DNA of 63,734 bases, counting the filler, from Octopus bimaculoides (taxonomy: Eukaryota), in assembly GCF_001194135.2 (NCBI RefSeq). It is 10 parts of 10 records of this genome, joined end to end, with 100 filler letters (N's around TTAATTAATTAA, not from the genome) between each part and the next. Parts side by side here need not be neighbours in the genome. Positions count along the whole stretch, not along the records: positions 1 to 16,586 come from NC_068993.1; 9 more parts are not named here. One strand, 5' to 3'. Below are positions 1 to 12,100 of the stretch, piece after piece. Each line of letters starts with the position of its first letter. Position 1 is the stretch's first letter. A program made the position numbers and the translations under genes. The notes under the pieces were generated by a model. The model had not been told where the DNA came from. It made no database searches and saw only the letters and a list, made by a program, of their open reading frames with translations.

Positions 1-859
1 TGGTTTTGTTGTTCTGTTATCGTCATTCCATATAAACAACGAGAGAGCCACTATGTGGAGCGTCGGTAACTTCAGAATGGGACGAAAGTAATTCTGAATA
101 AAATGGCAGGAAAGTTACAAGTAAAACTTCTTTGAAACACACACACACATTCCTTAGTCTTTATTCGTTTCAGACATGCGGCTGCGGTCATGCTGGAGTA
201 CCACCGTGATTTTACTCCTTTATTTATGATTCTCCTTTGGCTGATTATTTGCCAACATAATGTGGCAGTCTTGGTTATAGTTTGCCGTATAGCCAGCTGG
301 AGACGATGTTTCCGGGGCTAAATAACAGTAAGAATCGTCCTAACGAGGGCTGCTACATTATGTTGGCAAGTAAACTTTACTCTAGAGTACTGTTACTGAA
401 TGCCTCTCGTTCAGAGATTCAGAAATAATAATTATATATATATATATGTATGTATGTATGTATGTATATACTATATGAGGGAAATTCTGTCTGTGGGTGT
501 GTTTGTGGAGTTGTTAGCTAACTTCTACATCGTTTTTTTATTTTCGGTTTTGACACGTGAGTAGAACTTATATCTGGAAACCGCATGTCATACTCAAATT
601 GCTGACAAAAATAGATAATAAGGCCCCTGGAAGGGATCCTTATATATAACCAAGGGAAATAACCCATTCATTTTCCTAAATTATTTGGTAAAAATGAAAT
701 TGAGCATGCTTATTTCTTAGTATTTCAACTGTTAGAGCTATTTTCACAATTTATCCAATACAACACTTAAACAAGTAAGAAGTATTTTCCTAACAATAGA
801 TCCACTTATTTCGGTTAGTGACTTATTCATGAATATACCAACACTAGCGCCCCTGTGGG

Positions 860-1207
860 CAATATTCTCTGGGAACGCACAAAAGCTCTTTTCAGAGTTA
901 TTTTACTTTGAACTGTTATTGTCTCATATCCGATTAACCTGTTATTACGTAACATGCTTCACGATTTTAGTATACATACCTTATTAGTATTTCCTCCTAC
1001 GTTCTATATACTCTGGGAACGCATTAAAGCCTTTTCGGGGCTACTTTGTTTAAATTCTTACTATTGGGTAACTCATTTCATGTTATTACATAACTGACTT
1101 CACAATTTGGGTATTCATAACTTACTGGGAATTCCTTAAAACAAGATCCTGTGTAAGACAGTTCGGTATTCTCTGTAAATGCACAAAAACCGTTTTCAGG
1201 GCTACAT
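860..1207. repeat. Old degenerate tandem repeat of about 150 bp (about 2.3 copies)
   Basis: (t)attctctgggaacgcacaaaagc.cttttc recurs at about 862, 1010 and 1168. Confidence 0.6.
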
Positions 1208-1275
1208 GTTGTATTGGATTAGCGAAACAATTATGAGAACGGAATCAAGGGATAAGCCCCGCTTTCCGTCAGCTA

Positions 1276-1327
<52 letters not shown>

Positions 1328-1499
1328 ATGTATGTATGTATACACCAACTGGAAGATACAGGTCTCGTTAGAATAGGAAAAGTAATCAGTACATTCACTC
1401 TGCACTCCTCAAAAGGCAATATGCAGAGGTTGTACGAACTGCAGTTATTGAGCAACAGGCTTTTTTGGACTTGGCCCAGAATATAATGTAACAACTGAC

Positions 1500-1906
1500 A
1501 TGGATGTAAAAGGTACCGCCCACTCCACCTAAATTCAGAACCAGGTACTACAATAGCTTAAGCTTCAAAGGCCCACGGCATTTCAATGCTCTGCCGCAAA
1601 AATTAAGAAACCCACAGTGTGGGCGTAGATGTCATCAAAAGGAACTAGACCTTTTCCTTTCCACAATACCAGATGAACCGACGGCCTGGCATGAGGTATA
1701 GACGAGGGCAGCGGTGTCAAACTCCTTCATGCACCAAAGGGGACAGCAACCAGGACAAAAGCACATAGAGGTGTAGTGATGTGAAGAAATCAGGTGTAGT
1801 GATGTGAAGAAATCAGCCAAAGGAGAATCATAAGTAAAGGAGTAAAATCACGGTGGTACTCCAGCATGACCGCAGCTGCATGTCTAAAACGAATAAAGAC
1901 TAAGGA

Positions 1907-1908
<2 letters not shown>
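1500..1908 (+). mobile_element. CR1/L2-type LINE 3' fragment with (GT)n tail
   Basis: Frameshifted RYYNSLSFKGPRHFNALPQKLRN and KELDLFLSTIPDEP, typical of the ORF2 C-terminus; 3' UTR ends in ggtactccagcatgaccgcag...gaataaaga then (GT)n. Confidence 0.65.
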
Positions 1909-1940
<32 letters not shown>

Positions 1941-2520
1941 NNNNNNNNNNAGAAGTTTTACTTGTAACTTTCCTGCCATTTTATTCAGAATTACTTTCGT
2001 CCCATTCTGAAGTTACCGACGCTCCACATAGTGGCTCTCTCGTTGTTTATATGGAATGACGATAACAGAACAACAAAACCAATACTGTCACCAACACAAA
2101 AAGCATCATCATCATCACACTCAACAACAACTACAACACTACTATCACCATCAGCACAAGCATCGCCACCACCACCACCACCACCACCACCGCTGTCATC
2201 CCCTCCACGGTTCATATTAAGTTAGAACTACGAAGGTGTTGGGGGCAAAATGTGATAACCTTTAAATCTGTCTGAACCAGGTTCGATATCTGCCCCGTAA
2301 TTCTGAACTCAGTCTATTGATCTATATTAAAAACGTGCTTCAATACTCGATCGACTTAGACAAAGGGACATTGATTTAATTTCTGAAATGATTTATAGAT
2401 AACACTCGAACTATCTCTACACAGACGTCATTTATATATATATATATATACATGCAAGGCTCCTTGGTTGGAATTCCAATATCAACAACATGTATGTATG
2501 TATGTATGTATGTATGTATG

Positions 2521-3712
2521 TGTCATTATTCAGCTTATTTCAAGATTTCTTGCCAATAGAGAAAGATTTGGTTTCTAACCAAGATCCAAGACTTCTTCCT
2601 TGGAATTTCAACATCAACAACAGGGTATTTTTATTTGTATGTATGTATGTATGTATGTATGTATGTATGTATGTATGTATGTATGTATGTATGTATGTAT
2701 GTGCAGATTTGTATGTTTTGCTTTGTGTATATATTCTCATGCATATATTTGTGTATCTAGACATGTTCATATATATTTAAATTATAAATTCTGGAAAGTT
2801 TTAATGATTTTTACAGTTCCAGTGATGGACTGGATCTGTAGTCTTCGAATTAGCATTCTCCTTTCTGGTTTTGAGAAGCCTAATTTCTCAAGATTGGTAT
2901 TTAGGCAGTGTGTTACATATCCCAGGGCCCCAATAATTACATGTATAAACCTGAACTTGTAATCTGGATAGAATAACTGTAAATTTCTCAATAGTTCAGC
3001 CTAGGTGTTCTCTTTTTCACTGATCTGATTTTTTTCTCTTTCAGTGACTTTCACTGACTTTTTCCTGCTTTATAACATCTGCTGGGTAACTAATTCCTAC
3101 AACTGTGCACAGTCTTTCTTCTCTTTCCCAAATCTTTATATCAGGTCTGTTGTGCTTACATTCTGGTGAGGTTTTCACCGGCACATTCTACCAGTAGTCC
3201 TTTTTATTATGGGTGGTTATGACGTCTACCATATCGAGGGTTCTTATTTCTTTGTCCTCGAGGTTATCCTTCTGATGGATTTCATTATAGAGTCTCCTAA
3301 CAACAACATCATGTCTCATCAATAGATTAAACCGTGATGACATTTTCGGACAACTGCTTATGACGTGAGTGATATCTTCAGTATGAACTCCACAAAGTCT
3401 GCATCCGTTGTCACATTTTACTGCTTTTCCTGCATCTCTATCCCTTTTGTGCAGCAGGTACATGGTTGATATTTCCTGTCCCTGGATTGCAAAGTGAGAG
3501 GTAGTAGTCCGGATATTGCTCCATGATAAACTGCTTTGATAATTGATGTTACTATCATCTCAGAGCTTTCAACTAACATATCCATGCTTAGTCTTCTGCT
3601 CATCCTTTCATCTGATATTACGTTGCGGTAGAGTCGTGCGACTTCTTTGGGCATGTATTCTAGGTTATCAGACAAAGAATGTTGCTCTTCTACACCTCAT
3701 GCTGGGGCATGT
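2521..3712 (-). mobile_element. R4/Dong-like non-LTR retrotransposon (family A) 3' part with (TACA)n-containing tail
   Basis: CCHC knuckle CRLCGVHTEDITHVISSC (3403-3350), RHD, HNRPDI (restriction-like endonuclease), VIIGALG...GTVKIIKTF; decayed by stops and frameshifts. Confidence 0.8.
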
Positions 3713-3719
3713 ATGTATG

Positions 3720-4242
3720 TCATTATTCAGTTTATTTCGAGATTTCTTGCCAATAGAGAAAGAATCAGTTCCTAACCTAGATCCAAGGCCCCTTCATTGG
3801 AATTTCGACATCAACAGCAGGGTATTTTTGTTTGTTTGTTTGTATATATGTATGTATGTGCAAATTTGTACGTTTTATGTAGTTATTCTGTTGATATTTC
3901 TTGTTCCTGGATTGCAAACGCATACCCTTCAAAGTAGGAGGTAGTAATCCGATTGTTGTTCAATGATAGACTACTTTGATGGTCACTGTTACTATCATCA
4001 CAGAGCTTTCTGCTAACATATCCATGTATAGTCTTCTGCTCACATAGACTCATCCTTTCATCTGATGATATGTTACGGTAGAGTTGAGCAACTTCTTTGG
4101 GCATGTATTCTAGGTTTTCAGACAAAGAGTGTTGCTCAAGGAGCTGCCTTCCAAGTCTTATGATGTTATCAGCCTGATGTATGTTTACTTTTTCATGTAT
4201 GTTTATTTTCTCGTGTTCCTTTCTGTTGTAGAGCGTAGGCTC
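3720..4242 (-). mobile_element. Second tandem, internally deleted copy of family A
   Basis: Repeats the 3' module of 2521-2635 and the LSENLEYMPKEVA...HGYVSRKL...FEGYAFAIQEQEI region. Confidence 0.75.
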
Positions 4243-5082
4243 NNNNNNNNNNNNNNNNNNNNNNNNNNNNNNNNNNNNNNNNNNNNNNNNNNNNNNNNNN
4301 NNNNNNNNNNNNNNNNNNNNNNNNNNNNNNNNNNNNNNNNNNNNNNNNNNNNNNNNNNNNNNNNNNNNNNNNNNNNNNNNNNNNNNNNNNNNNNNNNNNN
4401 NNNNNNNNNNNNNNNNNNNNNNNNNNNNNNNNNNNNNNNNNNNNNNNNNNNNNNNNNNNNNNNNNNNNNNNNNNNNNNNNNNNNNNNNNNNNNNNNNNNN
4501 NNNNNNNNNNNNNNNNNNNNNNNNNNNNNNNNNNNNNNNNNNNNNNNNNNNNNNNNNNNNNNNNNNNNNNNNNNNNNNNNNNNNNNNNNNNNNNNNNNNN
4601 NNNNNNNNNNNNNNNNNNNNNNNNNNNNNNNNNNNNNNNNNNNNNNNNNNNNNNNNNNNNNNNNNNNNNNNNNNNNNNNNNNNNNNNNNNNNNNNNNNNN
4701 NNNNNNNNNNNNNNNNNNNNNNNNNNNNNNNNNNNNNNNNNNNNNNNNNNNNNNNNNNNNNNNNNNNNNNNNNNNNNNNNNNNNNNNNNNNNNNNNNNNN
4801 NNNNNNNNNNNNNNNNNNNNNNNNNNNNNNNNNNNNNNNNNNNNNNNNNNNNNNNNNNNNNNNNNNNNNNNNNNNNNNNNNNNNNNNNNNNNNNNNNNNN
4901 NNNNNNNNNNNNNNNNNNNNNNNNNNNNNNNNNNNNNNNNNNNNNNNNNNNNNNNNNNNNNNNNNNNNNNNNNNNNNNNNNNNNNNNNNNNNNNNNNNNN
5001 NNNNNNNNNNNNNNNNNNNNNNNNNNNNNNNNNNNNNNNNNNNNNNNNNNNNNNNNNNNNNNNNNNNNNNNNNNNNNNNNNN

Positions 5083-5856
5083 ATTCACTCACAGGAAACC
5101 CAACGAGGATTAATGAAATACTAAATGTGCAATTCAAAAGTGTTTTCACTCCACCCCTAGGACACTTGCAAATCAGCAATCCAGCTCACTATTTTACTAC
5201 TGCAGATATTAAAACAGTGGCAGTGATGATTGATTACATCAGTATAAAAGAAGACGATGTAATAAGGGCTATAGATGAAATGAACCCGAACTCAGCTACT
5301 GGCCCTGATGGATTCCCAGCAATCCTTCTAAAAGCATGTAAGCGAGTCCTAGCAAGACTACTCCAGTCCTTCTTTCAGAGCTTCCTTGCAACAGGCAAAC
5401 TGCCAAGAAAACTGAAGGAGGGTAAAATATGCCCTATTCATAAAGGAGGTAGCAGAGCAGAGGCCCAAAAATACATGCCTATCTCTCTGACCTCGCGCAT
5501 CAGCAAAGTCATGGAACGAATAGTCAGAAGAAAACTAATCGCCTTCCTTGAGGAAAATGACTTGCTGACTGACACAACATGGTTTCCGACCAGGATGAAG
5601 CTGCTTGACTCCGCTCTTGAAATAGCTGCTCAACCTCTCAAATGTGGAAGTGATATACCTCGACTTTGCAAAGGCCTTCGATAAAGTCGATCATGGAATG
5701 AAATGTCACAAACTGCGTGATATCGGTATAGTCGGGAAATTGGGAGAATGGCTGCATGACTTTCTGAAGGATAGAAGTCAGGTGATAGTAGCCAATGAGA
5801 CCACCTCCAATGACAGGCAAATAGTGAGCGGTGTTCTGCAAGGCACTGTTTTGGGA
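5083..5856 (+). mobile_element. CR1/L2-type LINE reverse transcriptase fragment (frameshifted, internally deleted)
   Basis: ATGPDGFPAILLK, CPIHKGGSR, YMPISLTS, YLDFAKAFDKVDH, VSGVLQGTVLG; cut off by a SINE at about 5855. Confidence 0.9.
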
Positions 5857-5991
5857 CACTTGCCCAAGGTATCACGCAGTGGGATTGAACCCGACACCAC
5901 ATGGTTGGGAAGCAAGTTTCTTACCACACACCCACGCCTGCGCCTATGTATGTATGTATGTATGTATGTATGTATGTATGTATGTATGTAT

Positions 5992-6184
5992 CAGAGGCGT
6001 ATATTCCGAGTGAGCTAGGTGTGTCCTGCACACCCATCGAAAATGGCAAATTCGTTATAAATATTAACCTTACTCATTAATTTAATCCCAAATCTTAATG
6101 GAAAACTTTTGTTATACTCCTGCTTGAAATTAGTGGCATTGAGCGTAGCAGCACATCCAATACAACAACCACCATACGCCACTG
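5992..6184. mobile_element. Short-TIR MITE, possibly hAT-type
   Basis: Ends CAGAGGCGTAT / ATACGCCACTG (10 of 11 complementary); flanks gtatgtat / gtatgcag resemble a decayed 8-bp TSD. Confidence 0.55.
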
Positions 6185-6384
6185 GTATGCAGACATGGGA
6201 CAAATAGACGTTGAGAGTCTACTTACACAGCGTCAATAAAAGTATGTGAATGTTACTCTACGATGTGCGCGCGCGGATGTGTATCTGTAAGTATTTGTGT
6301 GTATGTGTGTGTGTGTGTGTGTCGCGTAATATTTATACACACACATACACACACACATATATACACACAGATTTCTAGACGTAA

Positions 6385-6548
6385 GCACACATGGCTGTGT
6401 GGTAAGAACTTTGCTTCCCAACCACATGGTTTCAGGTTCGGTTCCGTTGCGAGACATCCTGACCACCAAGTATCTTCTACTTTTGTCCCAGGCTGACCAA
6501 AGCCTTGTGAATGGTTTGATAGACAGAAACTGAATGAAACCTGTCGAA
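6385..6548 (+). mobile_element. SINE family 1 head and core
   Basis: Matches the 5' half of 24278-24702; further fragments at 5855-5945, 21870-22080, 27785-27905 and 58855-59040. Confidence 0.7.
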
Positions 6549-7261
6549 TAGAGAGAGGGAGAGAGAAAGATTGGTGGAGGGAGGCTGGGAGGGACGAATG
6601 AATGGATATACATGTAGGTGTCACTTTACTGCCTTGTTTTTTTTACAAGAGACATATTTTCCCCAGTCACCGCTTTAGCACTCATCAGACGGTGTTGTAT
6701 GTATAACTTTGACAAATTATGGTATTTTAATACTAATGTTAGTATAGCCTATTATTTAGATTGTATATTATTTCATTTTTGTTTATTTAATTGACACTCG
6801 CTTCTCGCCACCTTTTTCTTGTTGCCCAAGTAGGCCTTGAATCAATACATTCCACCCTGACCATCTCCACCGCTTTAGGCATAGTGTTTCTTAGTTAACA
6901 TTATCCAGTGTGTCCTTTTTTAAGACGGTTGTGTGTAATTTGAGGAAGATTTAGCTGCTATTTCCTACACATCAATTGACCAACCTTTGCTCGTGTGTGT
7001 AAAATGTTTCTGTTAAGTTTATGTTTATAGTTCCCTTTACATTTACTTTAATTCATAAATAGTAAGGTAATATCAAGGAAAGAATATGGCATTTGTATTA
7101 ACTATATTACTACTACTAATGCGTGGCACCTTGGACAAGCGTCTTCCAGTCTCAGGTAGCTTAATATCTTGTGAGTAAAATTTGGTAGAAAAACACCGTA
7201 CAGTTCCTATGTATACAAATGCGTGTGTGCATGTCTTTGCATTGACACACTTGAGCAGTCA

Positions 7262-7480
7262 AGTGATGAGCTAACCGAATCGTTAGCACGGAGGGCAAAA
7301 TGCTTAGAGGCATTTAATCCATCTTTACGTTCTGAGTTCAAATTCCACCAAGGTTGACTTTACCTTTCATTTTTTTCAGGGTTGATAAAATAAGTACCAA
7401 CCAGTTGAAGAGTGGGGTCGATGTAATCGACTTCCCCCTCCCTCTAAATTGCTGGCCTTGTGCCAAAATTTGAAACCAAT
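7262..7480 (+). mobile_element. tRNA-derived SINE family 2
   Basis: gagct..cagaatcgttagc (A-box-like), ctgagttcaaattcc (B-box-like), tttgcctttcatcc...gataaaataagtacc...aaattgctggccttgtgccaaaatttgaaa; also at 7770-7900, 9335-9540, 27195-27395, 43065-43200 and 48590-48710. Confidence 0.8.
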
Positions 7481-7984
7481 ATTTGTTTATACCCTTACAT
7501 AAAACAAGCATGTCCTTCAGCTCATTGATTCAGCATGCAAATTCCATTGGAATAAAATACCTTGGATGAGGGGTTGGTATCAGAAAGGACATCTAGCCCC
7601 CAAAGAATACTTCCCATAGTAGTCTCTTCCAGCCCATGGCTGCATGAAAGAGGTGACCAAATACACAACAATGCTGATAATTATATATATACTGATTTTA
7701 AATTTTGGCACAAGGTCAACAATTTTTGGGGAGGGGATAAGTTGATTGCATCAACACCAGTGCTCAACTGATCCTTAAAAGATTGATCCCTGAAAAATTG
7801 AAAGGCAAAGTCGACCTCAGCGGAATTTGAACTCAGAATGTTAAGATGGACACAATGCTGCTAAGCATTTTGCCTGACAAGCTAACAATTCTGCCAGCTC
7901 CCCTTATATATATATATGTGTGTGTGCATATATATATATTAAGAAAAAGAAGGCAGTCGGGATTTGGATAAAAATTATTTATTT

Positions 7985-8330
7985 AACGCTTTCGTCCTTT
8001 TCAAGGATTCATCATGCATGATTTCTTATAGGAAGTTAGTTGAAAAAAATCCTGAGTTGAATTTTGTTTTCCTGGGTTTGGGAAAACATTTCTTCATTTG
8101 ACAGCCATCATCCTATAGATATCAACTGGTGAAATAACTATATTCATATCATACCTCCTGACTTTCTTTATATTCTATATGCTCCTCATGAAATAATTTT
8201 CACTGATTGGATTCACTGGATTTCAACTGCTCTCCTATATATTGGTTTACTTTTTGGTGTATAGCCAAGTCTACTGAAAGGAGCTTTTTTGTGATTACCA
8301 CTGGATTATATAAATCCATATACTGTGCAT
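7985..8330 (-). mobile_element. Possible decayed Penelope-like element 3' end (GIY-YIG remnant plus hammerhead relic)
   Basis: Minus strand gives IYIIQW (8315-8298) and QYIGE (about 8244-8230) out of frame with each other, then CAUGAUGA-AUCCUUGAAAAGGAC-GAAA-GCGUU followed by AAATAAA. Confidence 0.3.
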
Positions 8331-8461
8331 TAAGTATTTAGTATTGACTGCCAGAAAAAAAGTACTCTTTATCACAGATTAATAATATTCTATTTTGGTC
8401 AAGGAGAAACTCAGAATAGTAAGAGCTTGGTTCAACTAAAATAAAATAAAATATTTATGCA

Positions 8462-8845
8462 CAAGCATGGTTATGCAGTAGAAAGTTTGCTTCCCAACCA
8501 CATGGTTCCAGGTTCAGTTCCAGTTTGTTACCTTGGGTAAGAGTCTTCCACTCTAGCCCCGGGTCGATCAAAGCCTTTTGAGTGGACTTGGTGGATGGAA
8601 ACTGAAACAATCCCATCATGTATATCTATAAGTATATATATGTGCGTGTTTGTGCCCCCCCCCCACCACTGCTTTAATCTGATGTTGGTTTGTTTACATC
8701 CCCGGAACTGCAGTTTGGCAAAAAAGACTAGAATAAGTACCAAGTTTAAAAAAACGTAATTGCTGGGCTCAATTTGTTCTATTAAACCCTTCAAGATGGT
8801 GCCCCAGCATGGCCACAATCTAATGACTGAAACAAATAAAAGAAC
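8462..8845 (+). mobile_element. SINE family 1 (diverged)
   Basis: Same head, core and tail blocks. Confidence 0.75.
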
Positions 8846-9010
8846 ATCTGTATTACACAATGTCTATTATTCACATGGCATTGATCAGCATGAAACCACA
8901 GTAAAAAACATTTACCTAAGGTGCTATAACATGGGATCAAATCTAGACCAAACATCTTAACCACAAAGCAAAGTTAGTCTTGTTTTTTCTTTTTCTTTTT
9001 TCTCCAGCTT

Positions 9011-9166
9011 ATGAAGAAATTCATGGCAGGATTGCGACTTGCATTTAATTTTGGTTTGTGGAACCCTTTACAATCAGAATGGACCTTTGCTGCTCAGTGT
9101 ATCCAACCTGAAGAAAAAGAACGTATTTCTCAGTTCATGTTCCAAAAAGATGCCAAAGCTGCAATG
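9011..9166 (+). CDS. AASDHPPT: AASDHPPT coding exon 1 (ATG 9011; alternative in-frame ATG 9023)
   Basis: MKKFMAGLRLAFNFGLWNPLQSEWTFAAQCIQPEEKERISQFMFQKDAKAAM; donor ATG|GTAAGT after 9166; preceded by a strong pyrimidine tract and AG at 9006-9007. Confidence 0.93.
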
Positions 9167-12100
9167 GTAAGTCTTAGTAGGAATTTATTTCTAGACGTGA
9201 AGTTTCCACAGCTGGAGTGGGGTGGGAGTATGAATTATGATGGAGGAGTGTTGGTTGATTAGAGTTGAGTTGTGTTGTGGGGAGAGGATGAGTATTGGTG
9301 TAAGAGTACTATTATTATTGTTGTTGATAAAGCAGCAAGCTGACAGAATCGTTAACACACCGGACAAAATGTTTAGCGATATTTTACCCGTCACTACTTT
9401 CTGAGTTCAAATTCCACCGAGGTCAACTTTGCCTTTCATCCTTTTGGCGGCTGATAAAATAAGTGCCAGTTGAACATGGGTTGATGTAATTGACTCATCT
9501 CCACCTCTCCCAAGCTGCCCTTGTGGCAAAAATTTTAAATAATTATTATTGTAGAAATATTACATTTCTAAATCCCTGTGAGAGATTTATAGCAGCACAA
9601 GAAAGTAATGGTATGTTGTCAACTTACTGTGACAGTTCCATGAAAGGGAAGAATGCTATTGCTATTTTGTTCTAGGAAAAACCGTTTCCTGTTAGCCATG
9701 AGACATTTTCTGTGTCCTTATGTTTTCAAAGGGGGAGATAAGCACCTCCACCCAGCAAAGCCAGCACCCAGAGATTAGTTTCAGAGTCATTGCTCATCAT
9801 CAGTCTGGAGTAGCATGGCTTGCTAACTGAATTTTTTATTACAGGCATATGATCAGCTAGAAAAAGGAGCCAAATCTCCTTCACATCCCAGTCTTCCACC
9901 TAAAAAAATGAAAGCACCCATTGGATAATGTAGTCCTATATACACAATGGATGAGATGGTCAAGGATGGATCACCTTTGATCATAAGCCAGAGTCAGGGC
10001 TGACAAGGGATCAAACTATAAAATATTTGCCAATTAACTTATCAATGATATAATTATTCATCCTTTCTTTCTTTGTCTTTCTCTAATTTTCTAGGCTGGT
10101 CGTTTGTTAATCCGTAAATCTCTGAGTAGTTTACTGCAAGTCCCCTACTCCTCATTGGTACTCAGCCGGACTGACAAAGGAAAGCCGTATCTATCATCTG
10201 TAGGCAATGCCTTCAGCAAAACTTCACCCCATTTCAATATTGCCCACCATGGCAATTTCACTGTCTTAGCTACCCACCCAAATGTTGACATTGGGGTAGA
10301 CATCATGAAAGTAGAACAACCAAGTAGGTAAACAGGTATTTTTTTTACTTTGTTTTCATTCGTTATATTTGTAACACTAGCAGTTGTTGTTGTTATTGCT
10401 TAACCCCAGGTGTGCCCTTGTTGGACAGATGGGAACATCTGTGACTACTTCATCCAATACAAACTTCCCTTCAATCGCTCACTCTTGCTAGAAATAGCAG
10501 CCAAATCTCCCTCAAATTGCATTCTATCACCATTTTCTTGTTATATGATCAAAGGCATACCAACCATGACCATCCTGCCTTTCCCTAAAACAGAACTACA
10601 TTTATTTTTTAATGATGGGAGAGTATAGGGATTTGAGAGAAATTTGGCTGCTATATCTAACAGGTCAGGAGAGCCACATAATTGTTGTTTGTGTTGCATC
10701 CCTTTATGTCCCATAACCTATCCGTTTGACAAGTAGATATCAATAAAATGGATGCCAGGTTGAAGAAAATACAATGGTTGATGTAGTCAACTAAATTTTT
10801 AAAGGTAGTACTCCAGCTTGGCCACAATCTGTAAAACCATAAAACAATACTCTTGTGTTACACACGACTGTATACATGTGTGTATACAACTGTGTGTAGA
10901 TACAGCTGGATTTATGTGTGTATACAATTTCATGCATGTTGTATATATGTATGTCTATGTGTATTTTATTTGGCAAGTTGTAGCACCTGTTCAGCCACCC
11001 TGCCAGGGATACAATAAAGTCATGGGACTGCTGCATGGCAGATTGTGAAGAGGTAGCAGAAGAGCTCAACTGAGCCAACAGTGCTTTATACATTGATACT
11101 AAGCAGAGGAATCCTAGAAGATCAATGGTCAGGATTACCCAGCTCTGTGAAGAGAGTAACTGCAGCGCATTCATAGGGGCAGCATCCATGGTTGTGTAAT
11201 TAGATATTCACTATGACTCAAGCTTCCAATTCTAATTCATAATAACAGAATTGGATGGCAACAGAGACCTGGGAATCTGCAAAAGCAGCACAACCAAAGA
11301 AGAGATGTGTGTGTAATGCATACATCTGTGTTTATGTATGTATGAATGTTTGTGGGTGGATGTTTTGTTTCTCTGTTCTTCCCTAATTGCAAAGCATACC
11401 TTCCTATGCACTTTGTTTAGCTCCATATAAGGAAGCTTCCAGAAAAAATTTCCTACTACTTCTTCCACATGGAATCTATTTCAGTGGGAAGGACTGTCAA
11501 GAAATTCTTCCATGATATGAGACGACAGTTCACTGAGCTTGAGTGGGGAGTGATCCAGTCAACAGGAAGTGAATTCAACCAGCTCCTCATGTTTTACAGA
11601 CATTGGGTATGTATTTATTATTATCAGACCAAGGAAATCAGTAGAGCAATGAACAAAATGCATTGTGGTTTTTAATTGCATCTGTTTACATTCAGAGTTC
11701 AAATCCTGTTGAAGTTGACATTATATTTTATATTTTATTCTTCCTGGGTCAATAAAATAGATACCACTAAAGTATTGGAAGTCAATTTAAAACACAATAC
11801 ATCAAGTTTGTGGCTATATTCCAGCTATCAATTGAATGGGAATCATTCCCAATAATTTTCAGTTCCTTTTTTCAACATTCCAAGTGCTCTTACAATCACT
11901 GGTGTTGTAACCACCTTGAGATGTCACATTTTTCAATTTCAATTTATATTTTCTGAGCTTGTCAAATTCTTTTGCCAAGATATGATCACAAGGAATGCTA
12001 ATGTTGATCAATAAACAAACTTTATTGTTTTGGTCTTTCACAATAGTATCTGGTTTATTAGCTTTGATGGTTCAGTCTCTATGTATTGGAAAGTCCCAAA

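Larger units (their letters stand above)
1..2081. repeat. Inverted duplication: 1-246 versus 1811-2081
   Basis: 1-131 is the exact revcomp of 1951-2081; the match continues through the (CA)n and the LINE tail with about 3 substitutions. Confidence 0.85.

Noticed and set aside
6651-6690. Minus-strand CTGATGA...GAAAATATGTC hammerhead-like motif
   Set aside because: Stems I and II do not pair; at most a very old relic.
10324-10331. Alternative exon 2 donor AG|GTAAAC after 10327
   Set aside because: It puts exon 3 out of frame with an early stop; the donor after 10323 keeps the frame.
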